Of a stretch of 64,000 nucleotides of DNA, positions 34,700 through 47,066 are shown piece by piece (the stretch's first letter is position 1; each line of letters opens with the position of its first letter). The position numbers and the translations under genes are program-made. Location: the NCBI RefSeq assembly GCF_000143415.4, contig NW_003314315.1:248001-312000 (forward strand), written 5' to 3'. The notes under the pieces were generated by a model, which made no database searches, was not told the origin of the DNA, and was given only the letters and a program-made list of their open reading frames with translations. Source of the stretch: Selaginella moellendorffii (taxonomy: Eukaryota; Plantae; Lycopodiophyta).

Positions 34700-37600
34700 T
34701 TTGTTATTTCTCTTCTTTTGCTCTTTCTTTTTCATTCATCTTCATAGCAGATTAGTAATCTCCTCCTTTGACTTTGAAGCAGTAGTTGGTACAATTGCTT
34801 GATGCTATGCGCTTGCAATTGAATAACCAAACTCAATTGATGGCGGTGTTCACAACATGTGGGACAACTCCTTCTGCTCTTGGTGCCAATCCTTGCGTTC
34901 GGCTGGAGTTTTTTCACAGGAATTCTGGGGATGATGTGTATTATTGGTTCGATCACTACACAGTAATTGCCACATATCATTCTTGGGATGATGTTTGACG
35001 TTTGCATGACTTTCCCACGTGTCTCCAAGGGACAACGTTGCTGTGGTACAATGGTTTGAGCATAGCCACTTGTGGGGATTGGAGTGTTCTCCCAGACATC
35101 TTCAAACACGCATTTGAACATGCCAACGACTATGATGATGCCTTCCAACAATTACATCATCTTCGCCAAGGGCCATTTAAGTCGGTGATGCAATTTGGCG
35201 TTCCTTTCTGAAGTCTTTTGCTTTGTGCGGAGCCAAATATATCAGAGTGGATCAAGTTAAAAATGTTGTGGCCAGCACTTCGTCAAGATCTTGTCGGACT
35301 TGTGCATGCACTTGCTCCCACCACCTTTGACAATGCTTTTCACTTGGCACAACATTATGAAACGTTGCCTCTTTCACTTCTCACTGCATGTCTTTCAGCT
35401 CCACTTCCTATGGGTGATGGTCTTGTTCTAATGGAAGTTGATGCTGCTGCTGCTCGAGTCCAAGGACAAGGGTGAGGACATGGTCATGGCCGTGATGTTC
35501 GCTGCTGGGTGTGCGATGAAGTTGGTCATGCTTATCGGCGTTGTTGGTGTTTTCTAGATTGATGACCTCCATTTCCTGGGTGGAGACCTTGGCGTCAGCA
35601 ATGTCCCATTGGTGTTATTATAGTGGAAGGTCTGGACATCGAGATGTATGTGGAAAACAAGGAGTCACACGAGTAATGGAGGGACTTTGCACGAATAAGT
35701 TAGTGACCCTTTTATCTTTTTTTCGGGAGTATCATCAAGGGGTTCACTCGGCATCGGTTCATCTAGTGTTTACTTTCAAAGCTCGTTTTTATAACAAAAA
35801 GTCTCATATTATTCTCTCCATGTTGGTTAATATAGGTTTGAGTTTATCTTCTATTGCTGAACCTGTTATTACACGTTGCCGTCTACACTTGCATCGTGTG
35901 GCGGAACCAGTTTTCATTCTTTATGGCAACGGCCATACATATGTATGTGCACGGGATGAGGCGGACCTAGTTGTGCGTGTTGGCGATCTCGAGCTTGAGT
36001 TGTAGTCATTGCGGGTGGTGCCGAGTCAAGCTTTTGACCTCATTTTTGGTATAGATTGGTTGCAGTGCAATCATGCTAAATGTGACTTTAAGGCTTCTCC
36101 CCCTTGTCTCATACTTCTTTATGTTTCATCCATTCCTCTCACTTTCGTACTTCTTTATTTGTCTTCTTATACCTTTGCATCCATTACTTTTGTTCCCCCA
36201 CTATTTCCTCCTATGTTTCTGTCTTGTTCTGCTCTTCTCTTTTCCGATCCCTCCGACAATCTTTGTGTTGTAGTAGTTGACTGGCTCGTGAAAGAGTATT
36301 CTGATCTCTTTGAATTTGACTTGTCGTTTGGGGCCAAGATTGCCACATGTCATCTGATTCCAACCGGGGATGCTTGTCTAATCAAAGTTCCTTTTCATCG
36401 TCAGTCACCCAAGGAGATCAAGATTTTATGTGTAAATGTCAAAGAGATGTTGAAGAAGGGTGTTATTCGGAAGTCACGGAGTCCTTGGGCATGTGAACCT
36501 CATTTTGTGATGAAGCCTGATAAGAGTATTCATTTCTACATTGACTATAGTCCATTAAATAAAGTGACAATCCCAAATGTGTACCCTCTTCCTTACACTG
36601 CCGATCTCTTGGATCGTCTGGGGTAAAGTCGTTAGTTCACCAAGCTAGATCTTGTTTCTAGATACTAACAAGTACCGATGGCCGAAGAAGATATTCCTAA
36701 GACTGCTTTTCGTACACCATTTGGTTTGTACGAGTTCTTGGTGATGCCGTTTGGTTTGAACAATGCTCTAGCAACTTTCCAGCGGATGATGGACAAGGTT
36801 CTTTGCGATATGCTAGAGGTGACTACTGACTTCATTAATGATGTTTTGATCCACTCGGAGGGGACGTGGGAGGAGTATGTTCGTGATGTTTGTAAAGTGT
36901 TGGATCGGTTACGTGACATTGGTTTAAAGCTGAAGCAGTTAAAGTGTATGTTTGGGTCCAAGTACACAACTTATTTTGGGTACCGTATTTCTCATGAGGG
37001 TTTGCAAGTTGATCTTGACAAACTTGTGGTTGTTCTAAAGTTTCTTACTCCGAAGTGTGTGAATGATGTGCAGTACTTCTTAGGCAAGGTGCAGTATCTC
37101 GGTTGTTTTGTGGATCATCTTTCTAATCACACTACATCATTACGAGCGTTGCTAAAGTTATCAACATTATCTTTCATTTGGTCCCCGGATTGTGAACGGG
37201 CATTCGTGAATTTCAAAGAGCTATTGACGATTCCTCCGGTTTTAGTATATCCTAACTGCACTCGACTTTTTTATTTTGCCCGTGGATGCTTCTAACATTA
37301 GTCTTAGAGGTGTGTTAATGCAAGAGAGCTCAAGTGTGCCTGGTCAGCGCCATCCCATTGCGTATATAAGCCGTACATTACAACCAGTAGAGATGAACTA
37401 CTCCACGGTAGAGAAGGAGTGTTTAATAGTAGTCTAGGGTTTTGAGAAACTTCATGCATATCTACATGGTTCTCAGACATTACTTGAAGGTGACCATGTT
37501 GCTATTACTTCATTATTGAAGTGGAAAAACCTGGTTGGTCGTACTGCTCAATGGGCTTTGAAGCTTCAAATATATGATTTTGATGTTATTCATCGGCCAG

Positions 37601-38430
37601 GGAGTTCTATAGCTAATGCTAATGCCCTTTCTCGAGCTCCTCTTCTTTTTCCACTCTCTTCTCATATTTTTGACGAACTTGTTATTCTGACATTTGTGGA
37701 TTTTCTAGATGAGGATTTTATGCCGTTAGCGGTTGCTATACTCGACGTTCAGTGTCCACAAGGTGCAAAACAGAATTTACCTTCTCTTGATAAGGTTTGC
37801 GAGGCTCAAAAACTTGAGCTATGGATACGAAACCTTCGATATGGGTTTGAGAATCCTGCATCACTTGCTGATGACTTGCCATTCCAGCATTTACATTCTC
37901 AGTATCGCTTTGAAGATAGCCTTCTTTATTTTGTGGGGACAGATCCTGATGATCATTTACGACTGGTGGTGCCTTCTGTCTTGATTCCGTGGTTTCTCCA
38001 TGCCTACCACAATTCTCCTATTCTAGGTGGGCATATGGGACATTGTTGTATAATCGAGAAGTTGTGCAAGTCTTTCTATTTGCCAAAGATGCGATGTGAT
38101 ATTATCCAGTATGTGCGTAGCTGCATTTGGTGCCAAGCTCGTAATACTCCCTTTCATGCTGCAGAAGGACGGTTGGAGTCAATTGCAATTTCCTGTCCGT
38201 TTGAGTTGGTGGCATTTGATTTTATATGACCTTTTCTACGATCAACTGTTGACAATGAGTATGTTATTATTACTTTTGACTACTTGACTTGTTGAGTGAA
38301 AGTTAATGTTCCTGCTAGTGCCTCTACAACTACTATTGGATACTTCCTCCTCAATCGAGTAGTGTTTTAGCATTTTTATCCAGAGCGGATTCTTTCGGAT
38401 AATAGTCCCGCATTTATGGCTGGGGCATTT
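34700..38430 (+). mobile_element. Degenerate Ty3/Gypsy LTR retrotransposon internal region (gag-PR-RT-RH-INT, 3' truncated)
   Basis: Gag with the PMEVD-like LMEVD and zinc knuckle CWVCDEVGHAYRRC (~35503); protease DLIFGIDWL; RT SPWA..IDYSPLN..YPLP, KTAFRTPFGLYEFLVMPFGL, FINDVLI; RNase H PIAYISR..NYSTVEKECL; integrase H..GHMG..CIWC, PFELVAFDFI. RT precedes INT. Many stops. Confidence 0.92.
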
Positions 38431-40326
38431 GATAATTCAAAATCATAAGCTATAGTTTTATTATTTCAAATTTTCTAGAGTATATATAGTTCTTATTTTA
38501 TGCATGCAAACAAGAATGAATTTAAAAATTTTATTAGTATATTAATCTATATTAATAATTAATATATGACTTCACAAAGCAAAATGAATAGAAAATAAAA
38601 TTTAAAAACATAAAAATAAATTAAATTTTTACTATTTAACTAATTTAATTTAATTATAATGAAAAATTTGTTATTTAAATATTTTCTAATATGGGATAAT
38701 AATAATTCCTTGTCTATGTAAATGTTTAGGCTGTTGCCCTCTGTATAAGATGTGTATTATTTTTTATGTTAGATGATCATTGGTTTTGATTTGGTGAATT
38801 TATTGTAGAATTTTTTTATAATAAATTCTAAAATAAATATCTTAAATCATAGTTTATAATATTATTAGAAAAATATTAAAAATGATCAGAGTCTTTGGAT
38901 TGGATGATACTATGGATGTTCATAATCAAAATTACCACCATATGCTCTTTCATATTGTAGTGTTCTTTTAGCATCTGTTATAAAATGACACTTGAGATTC
39001 ATCTTAATGAGACTGCCTCATAAATGTTTATTTTGATAGTTTATAATTTAAAAAACACAAGATTAATCTCAAAAATTAGATGGCAGACCATTAATAAACT
39101 AGAATATACTAGGAGGTGTTAGGAAAGTTTATAAATGATATAGTCTAAATGAAAACTGTTTGATGGTAAAATATCTTAGAATATAAAAGTTTATTTTAGG
39201 TATTTCTGCTCAGAAACAAAAGATGGCTAATATTGCAAATAGTATTAAAAAATTTGGTGATAAAATTTGTTTATCAAAACATAAGGTGAAAGCATTAAAA
39301 TTTCTCCATGAAATACAATTATGCTTTAAAATTTCAAAAAAATTTGGAGTTGCATTTTTTTTTTCAAATATATGTCTATATCTTCTGCATGATAGGAAAT
39401 TTATTTTCTAGCTAAGTAACATACTCAAATAAATTCCTTCTAAGATATTCAGAGGCAACTAGAACTCATTGAAATTACCCAACTCAAAGGTAATAGCAAT
39501 TCACCTTGTATTTATTGCTTCTTTACCATGATAGTGGTTTTGGCAACACTACTGAGATCATAGTGCAACAGTAGCAGGATGAACTTAATTGCATTGCCCA
39601 TGACATGAAAGACCTTGGAGATCCCCACATTTGGATAGGCTTGACTAGAAGGACAAGAAAAATCCAATTGCTTTAATGCTTAAACCATTAGCACTAGACC
39701 ACCAACCATAAGAAAGATAATTATTGATTTGGTTGATGTGAGAAACTCTTTATGACAGCTTAGCTTTAGGATGGATCCATGAATGCTTGGTATATTATAA
39801 CCACCAATCAGTGTTTAACTCTTTAAATTAAATATGACTTGGCCATCTGTCTTTGCATCTGAGCCTTAATCTAAGAATCTTTGATTCAATCCTAACTAAA
39901 CTAATTCTTAGCTGGACATTGCTAAATTTATAGCATGCCATAATATCTTGTCATTTATAGAAATTATTTAACACCCCCTTTTTCTTAATTTAAAGAAGCA
40001 GGACAATAGTTTTGTAATTCAGCTGTTTAGCAAGTGGCTAACCATCTGCAAAAATATGGAAGTTGGAAGGTCGACAACCAGATGTATTCACATAGCCAAT
40101 TAAAAAGGAAAGAGGTAGAGTAGAAGAATCCTTTTATCAAATATGATCACTTATTGCAAAATTTTGATTAATTTCTTTTGTGATTTAATTAAATATAATA
40201 TGTTCAATTAATAAACGGTTGAGAAATAAAAAACAACCTTTTAATGCAAATTAAAACCATTAGAATATTTTAAATTATATTAAAATCCTATTTAATAATA
40301 ATCAACTCTTTTGAAGGAAGAGATGA

Positions 40327-41250
40327 GTGACAGGCTTAAGCTGGTGGAAGAAGATTCTTACTGAAACTCAGAGCGAAGAACACTTGGATCACATACACAT
40401 TATGCCATTCTCACTCAAGGGCCATTTGGAGTTTGTTCGCTACAAGGATTTGCTGCTGGAGCCTCCGGCCGAGAGGAACATGAAGCTCTACCTCGAGTTC
40501 TTCCCAAATTTTAACACCGCCCAGCGATGGTACACCATGCCACAGATCCAAAATTCAGCACCGACCTTTGTGGAAACCGTGGCCCAAGCTGATCGCATAC
40601 TGGCAATCTCCTCCCACGCCCTGGAAGGCATTGTGGTGTGAGCTCTTCAGTTATGTGGAATCAACATCGTTCCACTGGGTTCTCTCCATCTAAACATCTC
40701 CACCGGGAACGATCCAGACGATCCAAACTAGGTAATTCCATGGCTGGACAAACAGGAGTCTCGATCGGTTCTCTACATTATTAACCGGACTTGAGGGCGT
40801 ACCGCGCGGTACCGCCGAATTTCTTCGGCACTAGCTCGAGCTGCTCCGGGCGTACCACCCATAGAAAAGCGATGTTCTTAGTAGATTCCAGAGCCAGCTG
40901 CTGGGACTGGAGCGATGGTTCCAAAACGCAGGTGGCATGGTATACCGCGGGCTGCTAACCGACTGGACACACCCTCGGGCACCGTGCCGTGCGGCATTGT
41001 GGATGGAATTCGATCTTGGAGAGCGTCAGTGTTGGTGTTCCTGTGATGTCGATGCCGCGAATCCGTGCTTGACGAGGATCTTGGACGGGATTTCGGTAAG
41101 ATTGGGTAAACACCGAGCAAGGCCAATTTGGAGGCTGCGATCGAGGAGCTCATGTTTAAAAGGTGTGATGAGCTTGGAAAGAAAGCCAGCGATCTTGGAG
41201 AACTCATGGAAGAAGGAGGATCTTCTCGATCCGGCATCGATTAGTCAAAG
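40327..41250 (+). pseudogene. UDP-glycosyltransferase (family 1) pseudogene
   Basis: HIMPFSLKGHL (PxxxxGH-like), WLDKQESRSVLYI, and the PSPG box RHCGWNSILESVSVGVPVMSMP at ~40992. Deletions, stops and frameshifts throughout. Confidence 0.8.
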
Positions 41251-41271
41251 GTACGCTAGTTCAAAGTGTAA

Positions 41272-41495
41272 TCCAGTGACCTTCGTCAGCTTCCTGTGCT
41301 CTCGTGCAGCCATGGGGCTATAGAGATGTTCGCGTCGATGCAAGGGGATCACGGCGTGGATCCAATCGCGGAGCACTACGGCTGCGTGGTGCGGTGTGGG
41401 CATCTGCTGAGGCGCTCGTGATTGCCATGGAGCCCAGTGTAACGAGCTTGGTCAATGCGTGCACACTCCACTTGGATCCAGCGCAAGTCACCTAA
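41272..41495 (+). pseudogene. PPR (E-region) gene fragment
   Basis: VTFVSFL..; EMFASMQGDHGVDPIAEHYGCVV; AEALVIAMEP..SLVNACTLHLD, spread over shifted frames. Confidence 0.65.
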
Positions 41496-42572
41496 AGTGT
41501 GTCATAGGATAAGGGGGCGATGGCTGTAGCAGCCCGAATATCGCATGGAAGAGTTCGATCGTGTCGCCCGGCAGCCCGGGATCTGCTGGCGCAAGATCAT
41601 AGTCAGCGTTCTTTTAATTAGAGCTCCAAGTGCTCCAAAGATCATCCACACAGGTAACCTTAGCAAGGCGGCAGCTTTGGATGGATCAGGTGATCCTAAG
41701 GCATGGCTGAGTTCGTGGCGAGCATGACGACGTTCAAGAAGAGGGTGAACTCGAGCTTCAAGCCCAGGACGAGGCCACCTCGAGCTCGATCACTCGAGAG
41801 CCATTCAGTAAATGGATTGCTCCGAGACGCTCGAGTGCGAACTTAAGGAGCTGGAGAGGCGATCTCGAGGACATGAGTAGCGAGGTCCTAGGTAGAGTGA
41901 GGTGCCTGGGAGTGCCGATTCTCGGTTACCGAGGCGGCGTCTCGAGCTCGAGAGAACAAGTTGAGGAACTGGAGATCCATACGAGGGAGGAACTCTAACT
42001 CAGCACCACCATGACGACCTTGTAGCAATTTGGCACTCAAGAGGAGGAGAAAGCAATTTGGTGCTGCATCGACCTGACAACTATCACATATGGCATGAGA
42101 GATTCTTCGCCAGACAACGTTTGCGCTATAAACTGGTCCTCTCCAGACGTTTGAGAGCGTACATCTGCCTGTTTTGTGATTGCCTCACAAACCCCTCACA
42201 AATCAATCGGCACGGAAAACCAAGCCCAGCGGCTTTGAAAATCCTAGGAACTGATGCTAGGAGTGCGGCTGGAGCGGACAACTCTTTGGTTACGTCAGTA
42301 GCCACAAAAGGCTGCCAAGCAAACCATCGTGAAAAAATTAAAATGGTGCAGCTGAAATAGCCTAGACAAACAAAAGCACTCTAGACTAGCGTCACCAAAT
42401 GGTGTTGTAGTTATCATTCTGAACAAGTTCACCTAACTAGACCTAGCCATCAACTGCAGCAGTGACCATTTCTCACTTTACACGTGAGTCATACGTCGAA
42501 GCATCTTGCAAAAATCTTGCTTTCGAGATCCGGATCTGGAAAATGGGAAGCAGATATTTGCAAGATGCATTT

Positions 42573-42832
42573 ATAGTTTGTATATGGAACCGGTGCTGCC
42601 TTCTATTCAGCTTTGGTTTGACATGATTTGTCCTTAAATGAAGGTGATTTTCCTGAAGGAGCTGTGAGCTAGAGTGATTTTCATATTGTGACAACAATGC
42701 TCTAATGCACACCCAGAAGATCACTCTAGCTCACAATGACTCCTTCAAGAAAATCACCTTCATCGCACGGACAAATCATGGCATCATGTCAAGCTGGATT
42801 GAAGGTATCACTTGTTTAATATGCAAACTATC
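42573..42832. repeat. Long imperfect foldback, copy B
   Basis: Arms: atagtttgtatat/atatgcaaactat, ccttctattcagct/agctggattgaagg, catgatttgtcc/ggacaaatcatg, atgaaggtgattttcctgaaggag/ctccttcaagaaaatcaccttcat, tgtgagctagagtgattttc/gaagatcactctagctcaca. Confidence 0.85.
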
Positions 42833-43076
42833 ATGCAGCTTGTGTTTGTAGCCGATAAAGACTGCTGCGTCGCTACTATTTATCTACATGGACTCATGTA
42901 TATGTCATAGGATGGTGATTTTCCAGCTGGTTGAATTATTGCTATTTGGTTCTTGTTTCGCTTTCGTTGGACCAGTCCGGAAATCAGCAAGAGAAACGTG
43001 GGATCCGAATTGTTCGAATCTTTGGGAGTATATAACCAAGTGCGCTTGCCTCTCCAAACTCATCCTCTATTTCGCT

Positions 43077-43451
43077 ATGGCTCAGTCTATCAAGTTTGCT
43101 CCTCTCATTGCGCTGCTCCTTTGCATTGCTGTCACTGCTGAAGTGCTTGATCTTCCAGGCGAGTTTTTCTTTGTCGATGGAGCAGCCAGCCGACCGTCTG
43201 CATGCAGGCCCAACTCGCAGTGCTGCCCAAACAGCAAATTCTGTCCCAAGGGCAAATTCTGCACCATTTGCACGAAGAGCTATCCGCCTTCGTGCTTTTG
43301 CACGAAGGCCCCTCCAAACTGCGGAGTAGGCAGTAGCTGCTGCAGTGACGGGGACTGCCCAAAGGGAAAAGAATGCAGCGTATGCACTAAATCGTTCCCA
43401 CCTATTTGTCGCTGTGGCACTAAGCCTAAGCTCGTTCTTGTTTCCGAGTGA
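43077..43451 (+). CDS. Secreted Bowman-Birk-type protease inhibitor, copy B (loops CTKSYPPSC and CTKSFPPIC)
   Basis: Paralog of 32523-32897 with the same signal peptide, 16 Cys and TATA box. Confidence 0.88.
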   Translation: MAQSIKFAPLIALLLCIAVTAEVLDLPGEFFFVDGAASRPSACRPNSQCCPNSKFCPKGKFCTICTKSYPPSCFCTKAPPNCGVGSSCCSDGDCPKGKECSVCTKSFPPICRCGTKPKLVLVSE

Positions 43452-44934
43452 AGCAGGCTATCGAGTGTGTGCTGGTCAACCCTGTTGACTGTGTAATAAA
43501 AGATCTTCCATAATGATAATGTGTGGCTATGTTTATAGTTGTCAATAGAGCAAATTATAGATTTTGAGCTTTGGATAGATTGTTTTCTGCTAGTTTTCTA
43601 TCTGTCTACCTTTGGAACGGATGGAACAAAGGGTTGAGCTCTTAAAGTTAACACAGTCAATCATTGTCAATAAATGGCTTGAAAGTTGGACTACTATTCT
43701 AGGAAACACTCTTCAAAATGCTTCCAAGACTTCCCTGGTTGGAGACCAGATCATTCCACCTGTTGATCCATGTTTCTTTTCAATCGCACTTTGTTTGCTC
43801 ATATCTTATATCTTACTTGTATATGGATGCTCTCAACAAACAATCTCAATGGTTTAAATAAGTATATATAGCTGGACTGGCTAAAAAAGAATAGTCATTT
43901 AGACAACCACCATTAATGCAATCATACTTCAAACACCTAGATATCATTCTTAGCTCATGGTCCCACACTTTTCATGCAGACTTGGCAGGCATGCAGAGAG
44001 TTGAGGTGGCACGCATGCAAATATATCCAAATATATGTATAGGGTAGCTATCTAGCTCTCTTGTGTAATACACGTCATGTCTGCACGTTTACGCTGACCT
44101 GGCATGCATGCAGAGATGTTGAGTTGGCACATACGTATTCACCTTCTAAATACCAATTATGCACCATGCATTCATATATAAAGCTCTTTCTCTCTCTTGT
44201 TCTTCCCTTCTGCAGTTATTAGCCAGATTTTATAGGAAAATTTATTTCTTCAAAACTTTATAAACGTCCATTGTATATCTTTAACTTTAATGGCTTTCAA
44301 AAAGTGTTTTACTTTTTATAGGAGGGTGATTTTTATTGAACTTTTCAATAGAATGAAATCATAATGAAAGGTAATGTTATAAGTTTTGAATCATAAAATT
44401 ATAGAGATAAACAGTTAAATATAATGTAGTTAAAGTGTTTGTTATATCTATTGCTTGATTGTATTTTATATTCTGAAATTTAATAGACTGTCAAAATGAT
44501 AGGTAGATTTCAAACAAACCTTTCAAAAGAAAAAAAAGAAGATTACCTTTCAAAGTTGAGACATTGTATTATTAGAAATTTTATATGTAAATTAAATTCA
44601 TGTTCAATAAAATAAAAGATCAACGAGATGCTCATAAAATTTTAAAAGTTAAGTTTTGATTAAAATTTATTAACTTTGAAATTATTAAGAAGAACTACAT
44701 CTAAATTGATAAATAATTATAAAAGTAATTGTGCATTAATTTCTTAAACCTACAGTGACATCCTCTGGAATGAAAATATAAGAGATGTATTTCTCAAAGC
44801 TGGGTGTGTTATTTGATAATAGGATGTGGTTAATCCTTTAACTGAATAAATTAGTAAATAAGTTGAAATTAAAAAATCCTAACTAAAGTAGAGGAATTTT
44901 CACCTAGTTTCTCCAATGCTAATAATATTATTCA

Positions 44935-45679
44935 CTATGGAATCTTTTCGTACAACTGGTCTGTGAAGCAGTCTCCAAAGGCGTAGCTGCCACTGAGTTC
45001 TCGCAATTTAGCGCTGCTCGCAGGCCTCTCTAAACTCAAAATGAGGGAGATCACAACCCATGAGCAAGAGCACTAAATGGCCAACCTGATGGATATTTGA
45101 TGTAATCAGCATTGTCATGCCTACTTGGAGAGAAATTCAGTAGATCATAGTTCCCAGCAATCTCCTGACGCTTTGCATTGCTGTGATGCTTCTCTGCGGC
45201 AAAAACAGGACACCTTCTTGTTAGCAAAAGAGCGAGAAAACGAGGAGAGAACTCGAGATACCTGATCGTCTCATGTCAGGAGTGAGAGGACGATGGGCTG
45301 TAGCTTCGTTCTTCTCGGTGGTGCTGCTGTTGTCATCGTTGCTCATCATCTTGTCAGTGCCGTCGTTGTTCTCCTTGTTGTTGGAGCCACGGTTGTAAAA
45401 GTCATGCGTCCCGCTCATCTCCTTTACTTTAGCCTCGCGTAAGTGCTTATCTGCATACACGTCTGTAAGTAACTGATAAGAGCGAGCCGACAAAACGGAG
45501 AACTTAACCGAAAAAATCTTTTTTCCACCTGGGATCTTGTTTAAACCTTCAGGGGTCGCGTTCTCGTCGTGTTGAACAGGATTGCTTCCCCTCAGCTGCT
45601 TAATCCTAGCAACAACATCTGCAGCATCACCAGAGTGAGTACCAAGCGAGAAACCCATGCGCCCCAAAGAAGAATCCAT
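44935..45679 (-). CDS. Divergent DUF4057-like repeat protein (spliced; start uncertain)
   Basis: Repeated motifs IKQLRGS, HLREAKVKEMSG, SNAKRQEIAG and SSAKLRELSG resemble the S.AK.KE.SG repeats of the upstream DUF4057 gene. Ends FTDQLYEKIP*. Confidence 0.5.
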
Positions 45680-45826
45680 CCAGCTGTGTATGTATGCACA
45701 AAGAGGCTGGAGTTAACACAATGGGATTCAAATAATGCCCCTGCAGGCCAAACGCGTGAGTGATTCCTCTCAAAAGGCGAAGGACACAAGTAAAAAGAAG
45801 ATAAAAACCGAAAAAAAACCCCGCAG

Positions 45827-46862
45827 CTAACCGAGTACAATGGTGCTTGGTCCACCTGGTGGCTTCCTGATACGGTTGCTGACACTCTGCTGCGATGGCG
45901 GAGGCTTCTCCTCGGAGAAAATGTCACTCCCGATCATTTCTCTTCGCTTAGCGTCGCTGAGAGACTTCTCCACAGGAGTTCCATAGCCACCTTTCTTGAA
46001 GATGTCGTTTCCAGTCATCTCTGCTGCCTTTTGGTTGTGTGTCCGCTGGCCTTGGGAAGAGTACTGCATCCCCCAACACCCCAACACAGGTAAAGAATAA
46101 ACTGGCAAGCTTCATGGTTCTCGTTAGTTCTTCGCATTTTTTTAAAGAGCTTCGAGCGCGGCATACCTCGGATGTTGGTGGTCCAAAGATATTGCTTCCG
46201 CACATTTCTTTCGCCTTGGCATTAGACATTGGACGTCGAGGTTGCTCCTCAAATGTCTCCTGGGTTCCACTGAGCTCGCGTTGCTTAGCCACCTCTGCGT
46301 GGCTGCTAGCTTTCTTTTGGAAGCTGTTGTCACCTTCTCCAAAAGAAATTTGGCTCCCTCCACTCGGCTGAGAAAGAAAGAGAAGTTACGTCAAACTTTG
46401 GCTTACCAGAATGATCTAAATGATGCAGCTAATGCTTCACAAAAACTCCAAGTTCCTGAAAGAAAAAACAAATGGCAAGAGCGGCAACTCAGTCAGCACA
46501 ATCGTAAAAATGTAAGATATTCCAATGCTTTAGCTAGAACAATCGAGGACAAAAAAAACTCACATGTTTCAACGACTAATCGACGGAGTGATCCGAAATG
46601 CGCGAGAGAATGCTTTGTCTTGCGAGAGCTACAAACTGGAATTTCAAGCAAGAATGCGGCATCCCACCTGGAGAATCCGGATGGCCGAGCGCGAAACGGG
46701 CGGATCCGTGCAGCTCTGGTCATTAGCCGCCGCGAATCCCTTGCTATCGTTGGTCGCCGAAAAGCGCACGGGCGTGGCTCGGTCCGACGACGCGTCCGCG
46801 CCATCCGACCAGCTTAGGAGATCAGACTTGCCCTGGCTGCCGCGCTTCTCGATCGCAGACAT
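45827..46862 (-). CDS. DUF4057 family protein
   Basis: SDLLSWS; SQISFGE; EVAKQRELSGT; MSNAKAKEMCGSNIFGPP; AEMTGNDIF; EKSLSDAKRREMIGSDIF; C-terminal RKPPGGPSTIVLG*. Confidence 0.85.
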
Positions 46863-47066
46863 CGCTCACCGGAGGCTGGAAGATCACATCCCCAAAACCC
46901 TTGCCGGGCGCGAAGAAAGACCAGCAAAGAAATGAGAGGGGGCAAAACCTAATGCCCAAAGCTTTCAAACCAACTGCATGCGCGCAAAGGGATATTCTCG
47001 GCCGGATCAGCATATTCTCTAGAATAATCATTCCGTACGAGAGTTCTATACACGAGGTTTTACTTC

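Larger units (their letters stand above)
42250..43858 (+). repeat. Segmental duplication, copy B
   Basis: Colinear with 31450-33320 (see copy A). Confidence 0.9.

Noticed and set aside
34380-34700. Candidate 5' LTR/PBS of the Gypsy element, with a duplicated ~45-bp unit
   Set aside because: No matching 3' LTR, TG..CA ends or convincing PBS could be identified.
31936-42832. CRISPR-like or prokaryotic defence array
   Set aside because: The repeats are inverted or segmental, not regularly spaced; there are no cas-like ORFs, and the DNA is eukaryotic.
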